A DNA stretch of 64,000 nucleotides from an uncultured delta proteobacterium (GTDB lineage: Bacteria > Desulfobacterota > Desulfobaccia > Desulfobaccales > 0-14-0-80-60-11), in assembly GCA_963812015.1 (NCBI GenBank), contig CAWETI010000003.1:32001-96000 (forward strand), given 5' to 3'. Numbering within the stretch: the first letter of the stretch is position 1; every line of letters begins with the position of its first letter. The position numbers were made by a program, and so were the translations under genes. Positions 30,956 through 43,024 of this stretch are shown here, one piece after another. The notes under the pieces were generated by a model. That model was given only the letters and a program-made list of their open reading frames with translations, searched no databases and was not told the origin of the DNA.

Positions 30956-30991
30956 GCAAAGTACTCTTTTTTATAGAGCAAAGTACTCTTT
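30956..30991. promoter_or_regulatory. 14-bp direct repeat with 22-bp period (candidate transcription-factor site)
   Basis: GCAAAGTACTCTTT at 30956-30969 and 30978-30991. Confidence 0.6.
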
Positions 30992-31053
30992 CGCTAGTCT
31001 TTTGAGTAGAGAATTCAGTATCCTATCAACTAGGAGGGGGACTACTGTAGGGT

Positions 31054-31719
31054 TCAGGAAAGGGAAGAGGCCGTATATCCCATGCGGATGGCGTATTTCA
31101 CCAGGTCGGTATTTTTCTTGAGGTTTAATTTCTTCATAATTTTCGTGCGATGATTTTGAATGGTTCGGAAACTGAGAAACAGGATTTCCGCAATTTCTTT
31201 GCTCGATTTGCCCTCGGCGATCAGGGTGATAATCTCAATTTCCCGGGGGGAGAGTTGGTCGGAAGGTTCGACATTGTCCTGGCGCCGATTCTGGACATAG
31301 ATGGTTACCAGGTCACTGGAAAGCAAGGGGGACACGTAGATCATCCCCTGCCTGATCTGCTCGATGGCATAGAGAAGTTCTTTGGGGGCATCCTCTTTCA
31401 GCAGATAGCCGTCCACTCCGGCCGCCAGGGCATTATTCAGGTATTCGGTCTTTTTGTGCATGGTCAGAATCAACACTTTGACAGCCGGGTAGGCCTTCTT
31501 AATCTCTCGGGTGGCTTCTATCCCCGGGAGCGAAGGCATGGAGATATCGAGGATCACCATATCAACCGCCCGGCCTTTCAAAAGCTTCAGCAGCTCCAGT
31601 CCATCCCCCACTTCTCCCACGACTTCCAGTCCTGGTATTGCTTCAATGATTTTCTTAATCCCTTCGCGCACCAGAACGTGATCTTCGGCTAAGATAATTT
31701 TATACATGACTATTTCCAT
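31054..31719 (-). CDS. NarL/FixJ-family response regulator
   Basis: ILAEDH, LDISMP, YLLK, LSPREIEI..LuxR HTH. Confidence 0.93.
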   Translation of the reverse strand: MEIVMYKIILAEDHVLVREGIKKIIEAIPGLEVVGEVGDGLELLKLLKGRAVDMVILDISMPSLPGIEATREIKKAYPAVKVLILTMHKKTEYLNNALAAGVDGYLLKEDAPKELLYAIEQIRQGMIYVSPLLSSDLVTIYVQNRRQDNVEPSDQLSPREIEIITLIAEGKSSKEIAEILFLSFRTIQNHRTKIMKKLNLKKNTDLVKYAIRMGYTASSLS

Positions 31720-34700
31720 GAATTACTCGTTGGAATAGAAAACCTGATGGTGGTCCCCTGACCCTGCCGGCTTGAGATCTGGAGCGAGCCTTCGGCCATG
31801 AGGGCCCTTTCATTCATGGCACTCAACCCCAGACTTTTTTGGGCGACCTTCCGGGACATGGCCCTCCTTAAATTAAACCCTCGGCCGTTATCTTTTATCA
31901 CAAAGGTTACTTGCCCGTTATCTCTTTTCACCTTCACCGAGACCAGGCTGGCCCTGGCATGCTTGACCACATTAGTCAAGGATTCCTGAAAAATGCGATA
32001 AATGTTGATTTGGGTTTCCGGCGAAAAGAGCGGATCGATCTCGTCCATCACCACTTCACTTTGCATATTATGATTACGGCAGATCTCCTCAACCAAATAA
32101 CCCAGCGACGCGGACAGGCCCAGATCATCCAAACTTGACGGACTGAGGTCCCAAGACAAGCGTCGGACATTTTCGATGACCGTATCGATATAAGACAGCA
32201 TGTGTTCGCAACCGGCCTTCAGGGGTTGCTGATCTGCCGACAACTCCTCTTCAATGGCCACCAAATGGATTTTCAAAACCGTCAGGGCCTGACCCAGCTC
32301 GTCATGCAATTCCCTGGCGACCCGCCGACGCTCTTGTTCCTGGATGCTCAGGATTCGGGCCGTCAGCAGCCGCAGTTCCTGTTCCGACTCCTTCAGGGCC
32401 TTCTCCGCCCGGCGGCCCTCGGCTCGGGCCCGCAGTGCCGTAATGCCATAGGCCAAATCGTTGGCCAGGCCCATAAGCAAGCTGACCTCTTCATCATCAA
32501 AGGCATTGGCAGTTTCGGCATAGATGGCCAGGGCTCCGAAGGTATGGGCCTCGTTCAGCGGGAGAGCCAGAACCGAGGCATAGCCTCGTTTGAGGGCTTC
32601 CTCACGCATGAAGGCCGCTTCGGGGTCAGTCTGCATATCCTGGCAAATCGCCGGTTTCCCCATTCGGATGGCTTTTCCCATGGGCCCGCGGCCCCGCACT
32701 TGATCCGCCCAGGTTAACTGCAATTGCTCCACATAACCGTCATCAAATCCGGTTTGAGCCACCGGGCGGACGGATTTGCTGGCATCGTCCTGGGCAAAAC
32801 CCACCCAGGCCATGCGATAACCGCCAACCTCCACGATGATCCGGCACACCTCGTTCAATAATTCCGTCTCATTGGTGGCGCGAATCAAGGCCTGGTGACA
32901 TTCCGTGATGGCCTTGAAGGCGCGGCTGACTTGCCACAGCCGCTCTCCCATCCGCTTGCGTTCCGTGATATCCTCAATGATGCTCATAGTGCCGGTCTTG
33001 GCGCCGGCGCCATCATGGAGGGGCGCGGTGGACACGCTCACATCGATGAGGGAGCTGTCCCGCCGCTGCCGGCGCAGCTCCAAACCCAGTATGGTCTCCC
33101 CCTGCAGCCTGCGTTGATCCAGCGCCCTAAATTCATCCTTCTGGCTTTTGGGTATGATTGGCAAGGGTTGCCCCAAAACCTCTTCCTGACGCCACCCAAA
33201 CATGCGTTCCGCCGCCGGATTCCAGCTTATGATCTTGCCTCCCATGTCCCTGGCGATAATAGCCAGGGGAGAGGCTTCAACCAGGGTCCGCAGTCGATTG
33301 TTGACCTCCTGCAGGGCCGCGGCCGCCCGTTGGCTCGCGGTGATATCCCGGGCAACGGTGGAGATAAACTCCACCTTACCCGAAGCGCCTTTATGGACAA
33401 TGACTACCTGGGACGTGGGGATTTCCTGACCGGTGCGGCTCAAAAACGTGGTTTCCCCGCTCCAGACCTCGTGGCCTATGGCCCCGGCAACGCCATGCTC
33501 TCCAATGAATCGGGAAGCCCACTCGGGCTGTAGGTCTTTAACCGTGAGCCGCGAGACATCCTCATCCACCCCGATACCCAACATGGTGCGACCGGCCCGG
33601 TTGATATAGAGCACCCGGCCCTCATGGTCGGCGGTGCCCACCAGATCGGAAGTGGCTTCCAGGATGGCGGCCAGGCGCGCCCGTCCGGCTTCGGCTTGCT
33701 TCTGCTCGGTAATATCCCGGTTGATTTCCAAAATAGCGGCGGGGTTTCCTGCCTGGTCCCGCTGCAAAGCCCAGCGGCTGGTCACGACGATGCGCCGGCC
33801 ATCCCGCCGGGTATGCGCTAACTCACCCTGCCATTGCCCCTGGCGAAAAAACTTGGCTACCAGGTCCTCCACCGGGGAGGGAAACTCCGTGTGCAGGAGT
33901 TCATAGGTGTCTTGCCCCACCACTTCTGTCTTGCTCCAGCCATAGGTTTCCTCGGCCCCGGCATTCCAGAAGACAATGCGGTTATTCAGGTCTCGGACGA
34001 TAATGGCGTCGTGGGCCAGGTCCAGAAGTTCGGCCTGACGGTGCAACTCTTTCTCCACCCGCTTACGCGCCGTGATATCGGCAAGAATCCCCATATTGCC
34101 GATGATTTCGCCGTTGGCGCCCAACAGCGACGCGGTCCATAAATGCACGTCAAGCATCGAGCCGTCTTTGCACACGCGCTTAAGTTCCAGGGCCGATTGC
34201 GCCGTTCCCGCCATTTCCCTCTGAAGCCTGACTTCCTCCTCAGTCCACTGGTATTCCGGAATCACGGGGAGATACCCCCCCATCACTTCTGATGCCTGCC
34301 AGCCGAACATACGTTCCGCCCCGGGGTTCCATAGGGTGATTTTGAAATCGAGATCCAGGGTAATGATGGCCAGAGGCGACGCCTGGATTAAGGTCTGCAA
34401 GGTGTGGGTGGTTTCCCGCAGGGCCTCCTCAGCTTGTTTTCTTTCGGTAATGTCCAGGGCCAGTCCCTGCAGGAACAGAAACTCACCTGCCTTATCATAG
34501 ACCATCCTGGCTTCATCCCGGAACCAGACGACCCGGCCGGATTTGGCCAGCAGGCGGTATTCGGTGGCAAACGGCTCACCCGATGCGAAACTATGGGCAA
34601 TCTCGTTCAGCACCCGCTCCCGGTCATCCAAATGGATCTGCCGTTCCCAGGTCTCCCTGCCATCAGCCCGCCATTCCGCGGGGAAAAGCCGAGCAGGGTC

Positions 34701-36691
34701 TCGATCTGCGGGCTGACATAGAGGAGGTCGACTCCTTTAGCGAGCGAGATGATGTAGGTGATGGCCGGGATTTGCTCCACCAGGGTGCGATATTTGGCCT
34801 CGCTAAAGCGCAGGGATTGTTCAATCTTGGTGCGGACCCGGAGTTCCGCTTCCAGCGAGGCATTGGCTTGTTGCAATTGCGCGGTCCGTTCCGCCACCCT
34901 GATTTCCAGGTCCTCCTTGGCCCGGCGTAGGGCCGCTTCCGCCTGGACCCGGGCAATGGCGCTGCCTACCTGGGTAGCCAGGGTTTCCAGGGCCACCCGG
35001 GCCGTGGCCGGCACCTCTTCATAGTGGTGGGAAGCGATGTTGATAGAGGCGATGACCCGGTCCTGGTGGATTACCGGGATGATCGTGGCCGAGCGGAGAC
35101 CTTCCTTCAGGCCCCTTTCATCCAGTATTCCCGGCAGGTCTTGCAGGCGGGCATACACGGGTCTTCCCGCCAGAACGACATAAGCATTGAGTGAGTCGGC
35201 CGGGTAATGCGAGACGCTATGCACGAACTCGGGGGAGAAGCCCTGGTGATAGGCCAGGTCCAGATCTCCGGAAGCGGGGTCCACCAGATACACCCCCCCG
35301 CTGTCCAGGCCCGAAATCATGATGGCAGTTTCCAAGCAGAACCGCAAAGTCTCGTGCAACCCGACCTTGCCGCTGAGGGTCAGGCCCAAATCGCGCTGGA
35401 GGCGGATGATCGCCTCGGTGCGCCGGCGTTCCTCAATCTCACGGCGTAGTTGGGTGTTGGCCGCCTGTAATCCCGCAGTCCGCTCGGCCACCAATCCTTC
35501 CAGCTCTTCAAAGGCCCGGCGCCGGAGATCTTCCATCTGCTTGCGTTCGGTGATGTCCTCCTGGACTGCAATCCAACATTGCTTCCCGGCTATTTCCAGG
35601 GCACTGATCCGGGCATAGGAATGGAAGGGGGTGCCGTCTTTCCGGCGGTTCCTGACCTCACCGGCCCAGAGCCCGGTGGTCCGCAACTGCTTTATAATAT
35701 CCCCGGCAATCCTGGCGCTTTCCTCCGCAGAACCATCGTTTAACACTGATACCTGTTGACCGATCAATTCCCCTGGCTGATAGCCGAACATGGCGCAGGA
35801 TGCCGGGTTAGTAAACACGATCCGTTCATCTTCGTCAGTCATGACAACGCCTTCCGCCATGCTCTCCAGGACCCGGGTCTGGGTTTGCAAAGACTCTGCC
35901 ACCCGCTGGCGTTCAGTGATGTCCAGCAAAGTGCCGACAATGGCCGGCCGCCCCTGGTATTCCACCGCCCGCCCGAAGGACTCGCAGTAAATCACGCTGC
36001 CGTCTCGGTGAAGACCCCGGAAGGTATAATGCGCCGCCTCCAGTTCACCGGAGAGCCGCCGGCGGATGTTCTCCTGAACCAGGGGGAGGTCTTCGGGGTG
36101 AATCAGGTCACTGGGCGCCACTGCCCCGGCCATAATTTCCTCCGGCTGGTACCCGAATGTCTGGGCCATGGTGGGATTTACATAGACGAGGCACCGGTCC
36201 TGAACGACGTACACCCCGGCCAAAGAACTTTCCGTGACCATGCGGTAACGGGCTTCGCTCCCTTTCAGGGCCTCTTGCGCTTGCTTGCGCTGGTCGATAT
36301 CCCGGAACACTGCCAGGATACGGTCGCGGCCATCGAGCCGGACGGGTTTCAGGTGCACTTCCACCCAGAAAACCCGTCCGGCTCGATCCCGGGCCTGCCA
36401 TTCAAAGACCTGGGAGCTTCCAAGCGCGACCTTGGCCAATAACCTTTGGGCCGATTCCGGTGGCGCCCCGGAATCGGAATCACTGCCACCCAAGGTCGTC
36501 ACGTTGAGCTGCCGGGCTTCCTCCGGGGTGTACCCGAACATCTCGCACATCCCCCGATTGACGTCGATGATCTCACCGGTCGCACCATCGTGCATCAGAA
36601 TGGCATCGTCCAACGCATTGAAAATCGCCCGGCAATCAGCCCGGGAAATATCCATGGCAGGTCCTGCCCCCGCATAGTCTTGTAAGGCCAC
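31710..36691 (-). pseudogene. Large multi-PAS/GAF histidine kinase (HisKA_3), split by a frameshift near 34680
   Basis: ORFs 34607-36691 and 31710-34631 join as ..LLGFSPAEWRADGRETWERQIHLDDRERV.. if one C is added to the C4 run; ERRRVARELHDELGQ, DNGRGF. Confidence 0.85.
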
Positions 36692-36777
36692 TATCCTGCG
36701 CCCCTTGTCATTTATTCATGTAAACTGTTGTTTATTATAATTATTGTATCTTTAATTAATCATTATTTCCAGGAGAA

Positions 36778-37395
36778 TCAGGAGGATTCCCCATCGGTGG
36801 CGTTGAGCATTTCCTGGGTCAGCAAATTCAATAAACCCCATACCGCATCCAGAGACCAGAATCGGTCCAGGTGGGCCGGCAAGGTAAACGAAACCTGGGC
36901 CGGGAACTCATCGTCGGCCTGCCATAAAATTACTTCCACCACCAAACCGGGGAAGACGTGCAGCGCCACCGCCGCATCGCCTGCGGGCCTGGCCTCGCCC
37001 TGCAGTTTTTTCCCGGCTGCCGCAAAACCGGCCGCGTCCCGGCCGAAGCGCTCTTCCAAAGGGGCGCCGGGCAGGTTGTGGTGGCCCCGGAAAAAAGTGG
37101 CCCCGCCGGGTAATTCCAGCGGACTGATCGCCGGCCCCAGGAGTGGCGGGTTGACGTGCAACAGGTACAACAAAGCCGTGAGGCAGAGCCGAAATCCAGG
37201 CTCCGCCTCGGGGGCATCACCAAGCTGCACCTGCCGCCGGATCGGGTCCAGCCGCAAGCTCCGGTCCAGAAACGGCAGATGATACACTCCCCCCTGATAC
37301 CCTGCCCCGGTGCGGTCGGAAATTTCTTGGGGGTCGCGACCCTCGAAATCCTGCCAGATTTCCTCGCTTACGTCGCTACACTTTTCATACGCCAT
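36778..37395 (-). CDS. DUF3786-family protein
   Basis: ELPGGATFFRGHH, ILWQADDEFPA, LDAVWG. Confidence 0.75.
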   Translation of the reverse strand: MAYEKCSDVSEEIWQDFEGRDPQEISDRTGAGYQGGVYHLPFLDRSLRLDPIRRQVQLGDAPEAEPGFRLCLTALLYLLHVNPPLLGPAISPLELPGGATFFRGHHNLPGAPLEERFGRDAAGFAAAGKKLQGEARPAGDAAVALHVFPGLVVEVILWQADDEFPAQVSFTLPAHLDRFWSLDAVWGLLNLLTQEMLNATDGESS

Positions 37396-37622
37396 GGCTG
37401 ACCTCCGGGGATGCCGACGTCCAACCGGAGACGGTAACAATCGAGAAAATCCTCTTGGGGATGGAGTCCGCCGGGGCCCGGAATCATCCGGATATCCGGG
37501 CGTGGCCGCCCCCTTGCGCTTTTTGCAGCTCCGGTCAGGCGCAACTTAGATGATTCATGGGGTTCGGCATCATGGTATATTACCCAATGGATTCTCTATA
37601 AATACCTCACTATGGGCGGAAC

Positions 37623-39713
37623 ATGCAAAAATTCTTCTATCCACGCAGTGTGGCCGTGGTGGGAGTCTCCGAAGACCCCGCCAACCTGGCCCAGGGAATT
37701 GTCGCCAACCTGCTGCACTTCAAGTATCAGGGAAAAATCTTCCTGGTGGGGCGCCGGCCCGGCGTAACCTTCGGCCTGCCCATCTTTCCCGGGTTATCTG
37801 ACCTGCCCGAGAAAGTGGACCTCGTGGCCATCCTGGCGCCGGCCCGGGTCGTACCTTCCCTGGTGAGAGAATGCGGCGAACTGGGGATTTCCCGGGTAGT
37901 GGTGGAATCCGCCGGTTTCTCGGAATTGAACGACGCAGGTAAAGCCCTGGGAGACGAGGTGCAAGCGGCTCTCCGCCAGTATGGCATGCGCCTGGTGGGG
38001 CCCAATGGCCTGGGCCTCGTCAACCTCGAGATCGGCCTAGCCCTGCCCTTTGCCCAGATCGGCTCCCGCATTCGCAAGGGCCGCATCTCCATCATTGCCC
38101 AGAGCGGTGGGGTGGCCACCCATGTCCTGGCCTGGATGACCAAAGAAGGCCTGGGCCTCAACAAGTTTTTGAGTCTGGGCAACAAGCTCGATCTGGCCGA
38201 AAACGAGGTCCTGGAGTATCTGCTGGAGGACCCGGGCACCGAGGCCATCTACATTTACCTGGAAGGCCTGGAAGACGGCCGGGGGCTCCTGGCCGTTGCC
38301 GACCGGGCCGCCAAGCCCATCTACCTGCATCTGGCCAATGTGGGGCCGGAGACGGCCACCATCGCCCAATCACATACCGCCTCCCTGACCACCGATGAGC
38401 GGGTGCTGGAGGCCGCCTGCCGCCAAAGCCGGATCGCCCGGGTCAAGACTCAGTCCGAGTTTTTGAACGCCGCCCGCCTGGTGGGCCAACCCCCGGTTCG
38501 GGGCAATCGCCTGGTGGTCTTCTCCCGTAGCGGCGGCGAGGCCGTGGTCACCGCCTATGCCTGCCGAAAGTTTGGTTTCACCCTGCCGCCCCTGTCCGAG
38601 TCGCTGGTCCAGTCCATCAAGGCGCGCTCCCGGGCCGGGGTTATCCACCCCACCAACCCCATCGACCTGGGGGATATCTTTGATTTCGGCGTTTACACTG
38701 ACATCATGGCCGCGGTGTGCCGGGACCCCCAGGTGGATGCGGTGCTGTTCCACTATGGGCCGGTGGCGGATTTTGAGCGGGAACTCGCCCGGGAGATGGC
38801 CCGGCGCATGGTGGAGTTGGCCCGAGAGGCCCAAAAACCCCTGGCCATCACCGTAGTGTGCACCCTGGATGAAGCGGACTATCTCCGGGAAACCCTGGGG
38901 ATTCCGACCTTTCATTTTCCCGAGGACGCGGTCCAGGCCCTGGCCCTCAGCCGTGACCTGGCGGCCCGGGGAGAAAGCCGGGGGCCGGCGGCGCCATCGC
39001 CCCCCTTGCGGGAGACCGACACTATTGCCCGGGCCCTGGCTGGCCCCCACCCGGCAGGTTTTATCTCTCTCTCCCGGGCCCTGGCCGTGATCGAGGCCCT
39101 GGGCATCCCGTTGGCCCCCTGGGTTGCGGTCGCCGGCCCGGATGAGGCGACGGCCGCAGCCGCCCACCTGGGTTTTCCGGTGGTGCTCAAGCTCTCCGCC
39201 CCTAGCCTGATTCACAAAACTGAGGCCGGCGGGCTCGCTATGGACCTGCATGATGCGGCCGCAGTTCAGGAAGCCTTCGCCCGGCTGGCTGAAGTGGCCC
39301 AGGGCCATCTGCCGCCCCATGAGGCCTGGGAGGTGGTGGTCATGTCCCAGGTGGCCGGGGGCCGGGAAGTGCTCCTGGGGGCCCGTCGGGATGATTCCTT
39401 CGGCCCGGTGGTGGCCTTCGGCGCCGGGGGCGTTGATACCGAAATCCTGGACGACGTCTCCCTCCGGGTCGCCCCCCTATCACCGGCCCAGGCCCGGGAC
39501 CTCATGGCCGAAACCCGTATCGGCCGCATCCTGGCGGGGACCCGGGGCCAACCGCCGGCGGACCTGGGCAGCTTGAGCCGGGCCCTGGCGGCCTTGTCCC
39601 AGTTGATGCGCCAGTTTTCCCAAATCCGGGAAGTTGACCTCAACCCGGTGCGGGTCTTGCCGGGAAAACCAGGGATGCTGGCCCTGGACGCCCGCATCCG
39701 GGTGGATAGGTAA
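37623..39713 (+). CDS. Acetate/acyl-CoA ligase (ADP-forming), fused alpha-beta
   Basis: PRSVAVVGVS, RLVGPNGLG, AQSGG, SLGNKLD, SHTASL (phospho-His), HKTEAGG, EVDLNP. Confidence 0.92.
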   Translation: MQKFFYPRSVAVVGVSEDPANLAQGIVANLLHFKYQGKIFLVGRRPGVTFGLPIFPGLSDLPEKVDLVAILAPARVVPSLVRECGELGISRVVVESAGFSELNDAGKALGDEVQAALRQYGMRLVGPNGLGLVNLEIGLALPFAQIGSRIRKGRISIIAQSGGVATHVLAWMTKEGLGLNKFLSLGNKLDLAENEVLEYLLEDPGTEAIYIYLEGLEDGRGLLAVADRAAKPIYLHLANVGPETATIAQSHTASLTTDERVLEAACRQSRIARVKTQSEFLNAARLVGQPPVRGNRLVVFSRSGGEAVVTAYACRKFGFTLPPLSESLVQSIKARSRAGVIHPTNPIDLGDIFDFGVYTDIMAAVCRDPQVDAVLFHYGPVADFERELAREMARRMVELAREAQKPLAITVVCTLDEADYLRETLGIPTFHFPEDAVQALALSRDLAARGESRGPAAPSPPLRETDTIARALAGPHPAGFISLSRALAVIEALGIPLAPWVAVAGPDEATAAAAHLGFPVVLKLSAPSLIHKTEAGGLAMDLHDAAAVQEAFARLAEVAQGHLPPHEAWEVVVMSQVAGGREVLLGARRDDSFGPVVAFGAGGVDTEILDDVSLRVAPLSPAQARDLMAETRIGRILAGTRGQPPADLGSLSRALAALSQLMRQFSQIREVDLNPVRVLPGKPGMLALDARIRVDR

Positions 39714-40056
39714 GTCTTCTCCGAGCCCCGGACTGAAAGCGTCGAATCGCAACTGGCGTCGCGATTCAGAAATACCTTAACAAATAGTGCGCCATTTTTT
39801 CCTTCCCCTTGATGGGGGAGGGTCGGGGTGGGGGTGAAAGAAATCCCTGGGAATCCATAGATGTTGAGAATGAATTCCCCCTCCCCCCACCTGGGCGCCG
39901 GCGCCGCAGCCGCGGCAGGCTTGCCCAGATTTTGAAAGGTAGTTATATTTAATAAACAATGTTTCGATAACTTCCTGCCTCCTGAGGTCTTCCAGCGCAG
40001 GTCCCCTTGCCCTGGTTAATTCCGCGTAGAAAGATAGCGAAGAGGATAAGAGAATC

Positions 40057-40818
40057 ATGAGCGGTCTTGAGTTTGTCCTGGTGGGTCTGGCTGCGGTCGT
40101 CGGGGGTGCGGTGAATGCCCTGGCCGGCGGCGGCACCCTCATAACTTTTCCGATGCTCACTGCGGTGGGTGTCCCGGCGGTTGCGGCCAACATCACCAAT
40201 ACGGTGGCGCTCTGTCCCGGTTACCTCGGGGGGGCCTTGGCCCAGTTGCGCGACCTGCGCGGGCATGAGCGACGGTTGTGGCTGCTCGCGCCGGCCGGGG
40301 CCCTGGGCGGGATCGCCGGGGGCATCTTGCTCCTGAACACCGGCGAGCATGCCTTTCGGACGATGGTGCCTTACTTGATCCTCCTCGCCACCGGCTTGTT
40401 GGCCGTCCAGGACCGACTGCGGACCTGGCTCGTGCAGCGGGCCGAACGGAAAGGAACGGGGACCCCCCACGAGGCCTGGACGGTTCTGCCGGTAGGCTTG
40501 GCCTCGATCTACGGGGGCTATTTCGGGGCCGGGCTCAGCGTGATCGTGCTGGCCGTGTTGGGACTCGTTCTGGATGACACCCTGACCCGATTGAACGCCC
40601 TCAAGCAAGTCCTGTCGTTCAGCATCAACCTTGCCGCAGCCATCTTCTTCCTGTTTTCGGGGCAGGTGGTGTGGTCGGCGATGCTGGTGATGGCGGTGGG
40701 CGCCCTAATGGGCGGCGCCTTGGGCGGCCGCCTGGCCGGGCGGATTCGAGCGGTCACCTTGCGCCGGATCATCGTGACGGCCGGGGTCGTGATCGCCTTG
40801 ATCTATTTCATCCGCTGA
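40057..40818 (+). CDS. Sulfite exporter TauE/SafE family protein
   Basis: [25 protein letters not shown]. Confidence 0.9.
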   Translation: MSGLEFVLVGLAAVVGGAVNALAGGGTLITFPMLTAVGVPAVAANITNTVALCPGYLGGALAQLRDLRGHERRLWLLAPAGALGGIAGGILLLNTGEHAFRTMVPYLILLATGLLAVQDRLRTWLVQRAERKGTGTPHEAWTVLPVGLASIYGGYFGAGLSVIVLAVLGLVLDDTLTRLNALKQVLSFSINLAAAIFFLFSGQVVWSAMLVMAVGALMGGALGGRLAGRIRAVTLRRIIVTAGVVIALIYFIR

Positions 40819-40922
40819 GAGCATCGGCGGCTTCAAGACAATCTTTGCCCGTGTGCTTCTTTTTTTAAAGATAATCTTACGACCCGGCGGCAGGGAACCT
40901 TAAAGAAGCGGGGGCTGCGCCC

Positions 40923-41669
40923 ATGAAAGACAAGATGAAAGAGATTACCCCCCGGACGCTGGCGGCGCTCATCCGCCGGCATCCCCGGGTGGTGGCCCTC
41001 ACCGGGGCCGGCATCTCGGTTGAGTCGGGCATCCCCAGCTTTAGGGGGGCGGGCGGCCTCTGGGACCGCTATGACCCCATGGAATACGCCCATATCCAGG
41101 CCTTGCGCCGCGACCCGGCCAAGGTCTGGCAACTCCTCAAAGAGATGGACGCGACCATCACCCGGGCCCGGCCCAATCCGGCCCACTACGCCCTGGCGGA
41201 GTTGGAGGCCAGGGGGTTTTTAGTCGGCATCATCACCCAGAACGTCGATAATCTCCACCAGGCGGCGGGGTCAAAGCGGGTGGTGGAGTACCACGGCAAT
41301 GCCCTGCGTTTCATCTGCGATACCTGCAAGGGCCATCACCCCCGGGAGACCCTGGATTTTTCCCAGACCCCGCTCTATTGCCTGTGCGGCGGCCTGATCC
41401 GGCCCGCCGTGGTCTTCTTCGGGGAGCCAATCCCGGCCCAGGCCCAGGAGGAAGCGGAAGAACTGGCCCAGCACTGCGACCTGCTCCTGGTCATCGGCAC
41501 TTCGGGCGAGGTGGCCCCGGCCAGCTACATCCCGGCCATCGCCAAGGAATGGCACGCCATTATCGTGGAAAGCAACCTGGAACCCACCCGTCTCACCTCC
41601 AGCCTCACCGACCACTTCCTCAAAGGCTCTGCGGGGGAATTGCTGCCACAAGTTCTGGAAAATATATAA
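40923..41669 (+). CDS. cobB: NAD-dependent protein deacylase (sirtuin)
   Basis: [41 protein letters not shown]. Confidence 0.93.
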   Translation: MKDKMKEITPRTLAALIRRHPRVVALTGAGISVESGIPSFRGAGGLWDRYDPMEYAHIQALRRDPAKVWQLLKEMDATITRARPNPAHYALAELEARGFLVGIITQNVDNLHQAAGSKRVVEYHGNALRFICDTCKGHHPRETLDFSQTPLYCLCGGLIRPAVVFFGEPIPAQAQEEAEELAQHCDLLLVIGTSGEVAPASYIPAIAKEWHAIIVESNLEPTRLTSSLTDHFLKGSAGELLPQVLENI

Positions 41670-41763
41670 AATAATTTATAAATTTTTCTTGTAATCTGAA
41701 ATAATTAGGTTGTAATATTGTGCCATTGTGATGAATAAAAAGTTTGCAGTATGAGAGGCCAAA

Positions 41764-42228
41764 ATGACCGATGCAAAAATTGTATTCAAGGTAGGCACAA
41801 TTGAATTTACAGGTGAAGGGGAACAGGAGTGGCTATCTCAACAACTTGACAAGATTCTGGAGAAGGCAGCAGACCTTTCTGCGATTGTCCCACAATCTAT
41901 TGCCCCGCAAGGTACTGAATCGCAACCAGAATCTCACGCTCCAATGGGGCCAGATGCTAATATTGCACAACAAACTTTAGCCGCATTTTTGAGAGAAAAA
42001 AATGCCACTGCTCAGCAGACAAAGAAATTTCTGGCAACTGCGGTTTGGCTCGAAGCTAAAGGGAAAAATCGACTTACCACAGGAGATGTAATTAAAGCTC
42101 TTAAAGACAGTAATCAAACTAAGCTAAGCAATCCCTCCCGTAGCTTAACCGCAAATGTTTCTGCTGGCTTCTGCGAAAGAGATGGAAAAGAATTTTTTGT
42201 TACAGAAGATGGGAAAACGTCTCTTTAG
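41764..42228 (+). CDS. AT-rich hypothetical protein with probable C-terminal winged helix
   Basis: N-terminal KVGTIEFTGEGEQEW, linker, then LTTGDVIKALKD..NPSRSL..FFVTEDG. Confidence 0.75.
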   Translation: MTDAKIVFKVGTIEFTGEGEQEWLSQQLDKILEKAADLSAIVPQSIAPQGTESQPESHAPMGPDANIAQQTLAAFLREKNATAQQTKKFLATAVWLEAKGKNRLTTGDVIKALKDSNQTKLSNPSRSLTANVSAGFCERDGKEFFVTEDGKTSL

Positions 42229-42243
42229 AATATCTCAATAGAT

Positions 42244-42990
42244 ATGATAACGCCTGACCAAGCTCTCTCGTCAATTCCCCCTGCACTGAGGGAACCCCTT
42301 ATTGAAGAATATAATAATATTGTTCAAAATTACATGGAAAGGAGATGGTCCCCTTCAGAACTTAGCGGAGGAAAATTTTGTGAAATTGTCTACACTATCC
42401 TTGAAGGCTTTTTATCAGGTTCGTTTGCTTCCAGTCCAAGCAAACCGCGAGACTTTGTGTCCGCATGTCGCTCTCTTGAAACAAAAGCCTCAAGTGTAAG
42501 GAGTTTTCAAATCCTTATCCCTCGAATGTTGCCCCCCTTGTATGAAATTCGTAATAACAGAGGAGTTGGTCATGTTGGTGGGGACGTAGACCCAAATCAT
42601 ATGGACGCTATGTCAGTTCTGTCAATGACCTCATGGATCATGGGCGAGCTTGTTAGGGCATCCCATAGTGTAGGAACTGAAGAGGCCCAAAGAGTTGTAG
42701 ACTCGCTTACCGAACGTCGTATCCCATTGGTTTGGCAGGTAGCTGGATTAAAGCGGGTTCTTAATCCAAAATTATCATTAAAGGACCAGATTCTTTTACT
42801 TTTGTCGTCGGTTCCATCTGAAGTCGATTTTGAAGAACTTTTCAAATGGACTGATTATAAAAATAAATCGTATTTTAAAAAAACTTTAATACAGCTCCAT
42901 AAATTAAGATTTTTGGAATTTAATGAAAGAGAAAATAAAATTCAGATTCTCCCTCCTGGGTCTGATTATATACTGAAATTCGTTATGTAA
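42244..42990 (+). CDS. AT-rich Abi/HEPN-like protein
   Basis: GGKFCE, YEIRNNRGVGHVGG (R-x-H motif), wHTH-like C-terminus. Confidence 0.65.
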   Translation: MITPDQALSSIPPALREPLIEEYNNIVQNYMERRWSPSELSGGKFCEIVYTILEGFLSGSFASSPSKPRDFVSACRSLETKASSVRSFQILIPRMLPPLYEIRNNRGVGHVGGDVDPNHMDAMSVLSMTSWIMGELVRASHSVGTEEAQRVVDSLTERRIPLVWQVAGLKRVLNPKLSLKDQILLLLSSVPSEVDFEELFKWTDYKNKSYFKKTLIQLHKLRFLEFNERENKIQILPPGSDYILKFVM

Positions 42991-43024
42991 TTTAGCTAGT
43001 TAAATAATTAGAAATAAATTTAAG

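Noticed and set aside
37623..41669. Acetyltransferase Pat plus CobB acetylation switch
   Set aside because: The ligase keeps its catalytic His and has no GNAT domain, so it is an ADP-forming ligase; proximity to cobB may be incidental
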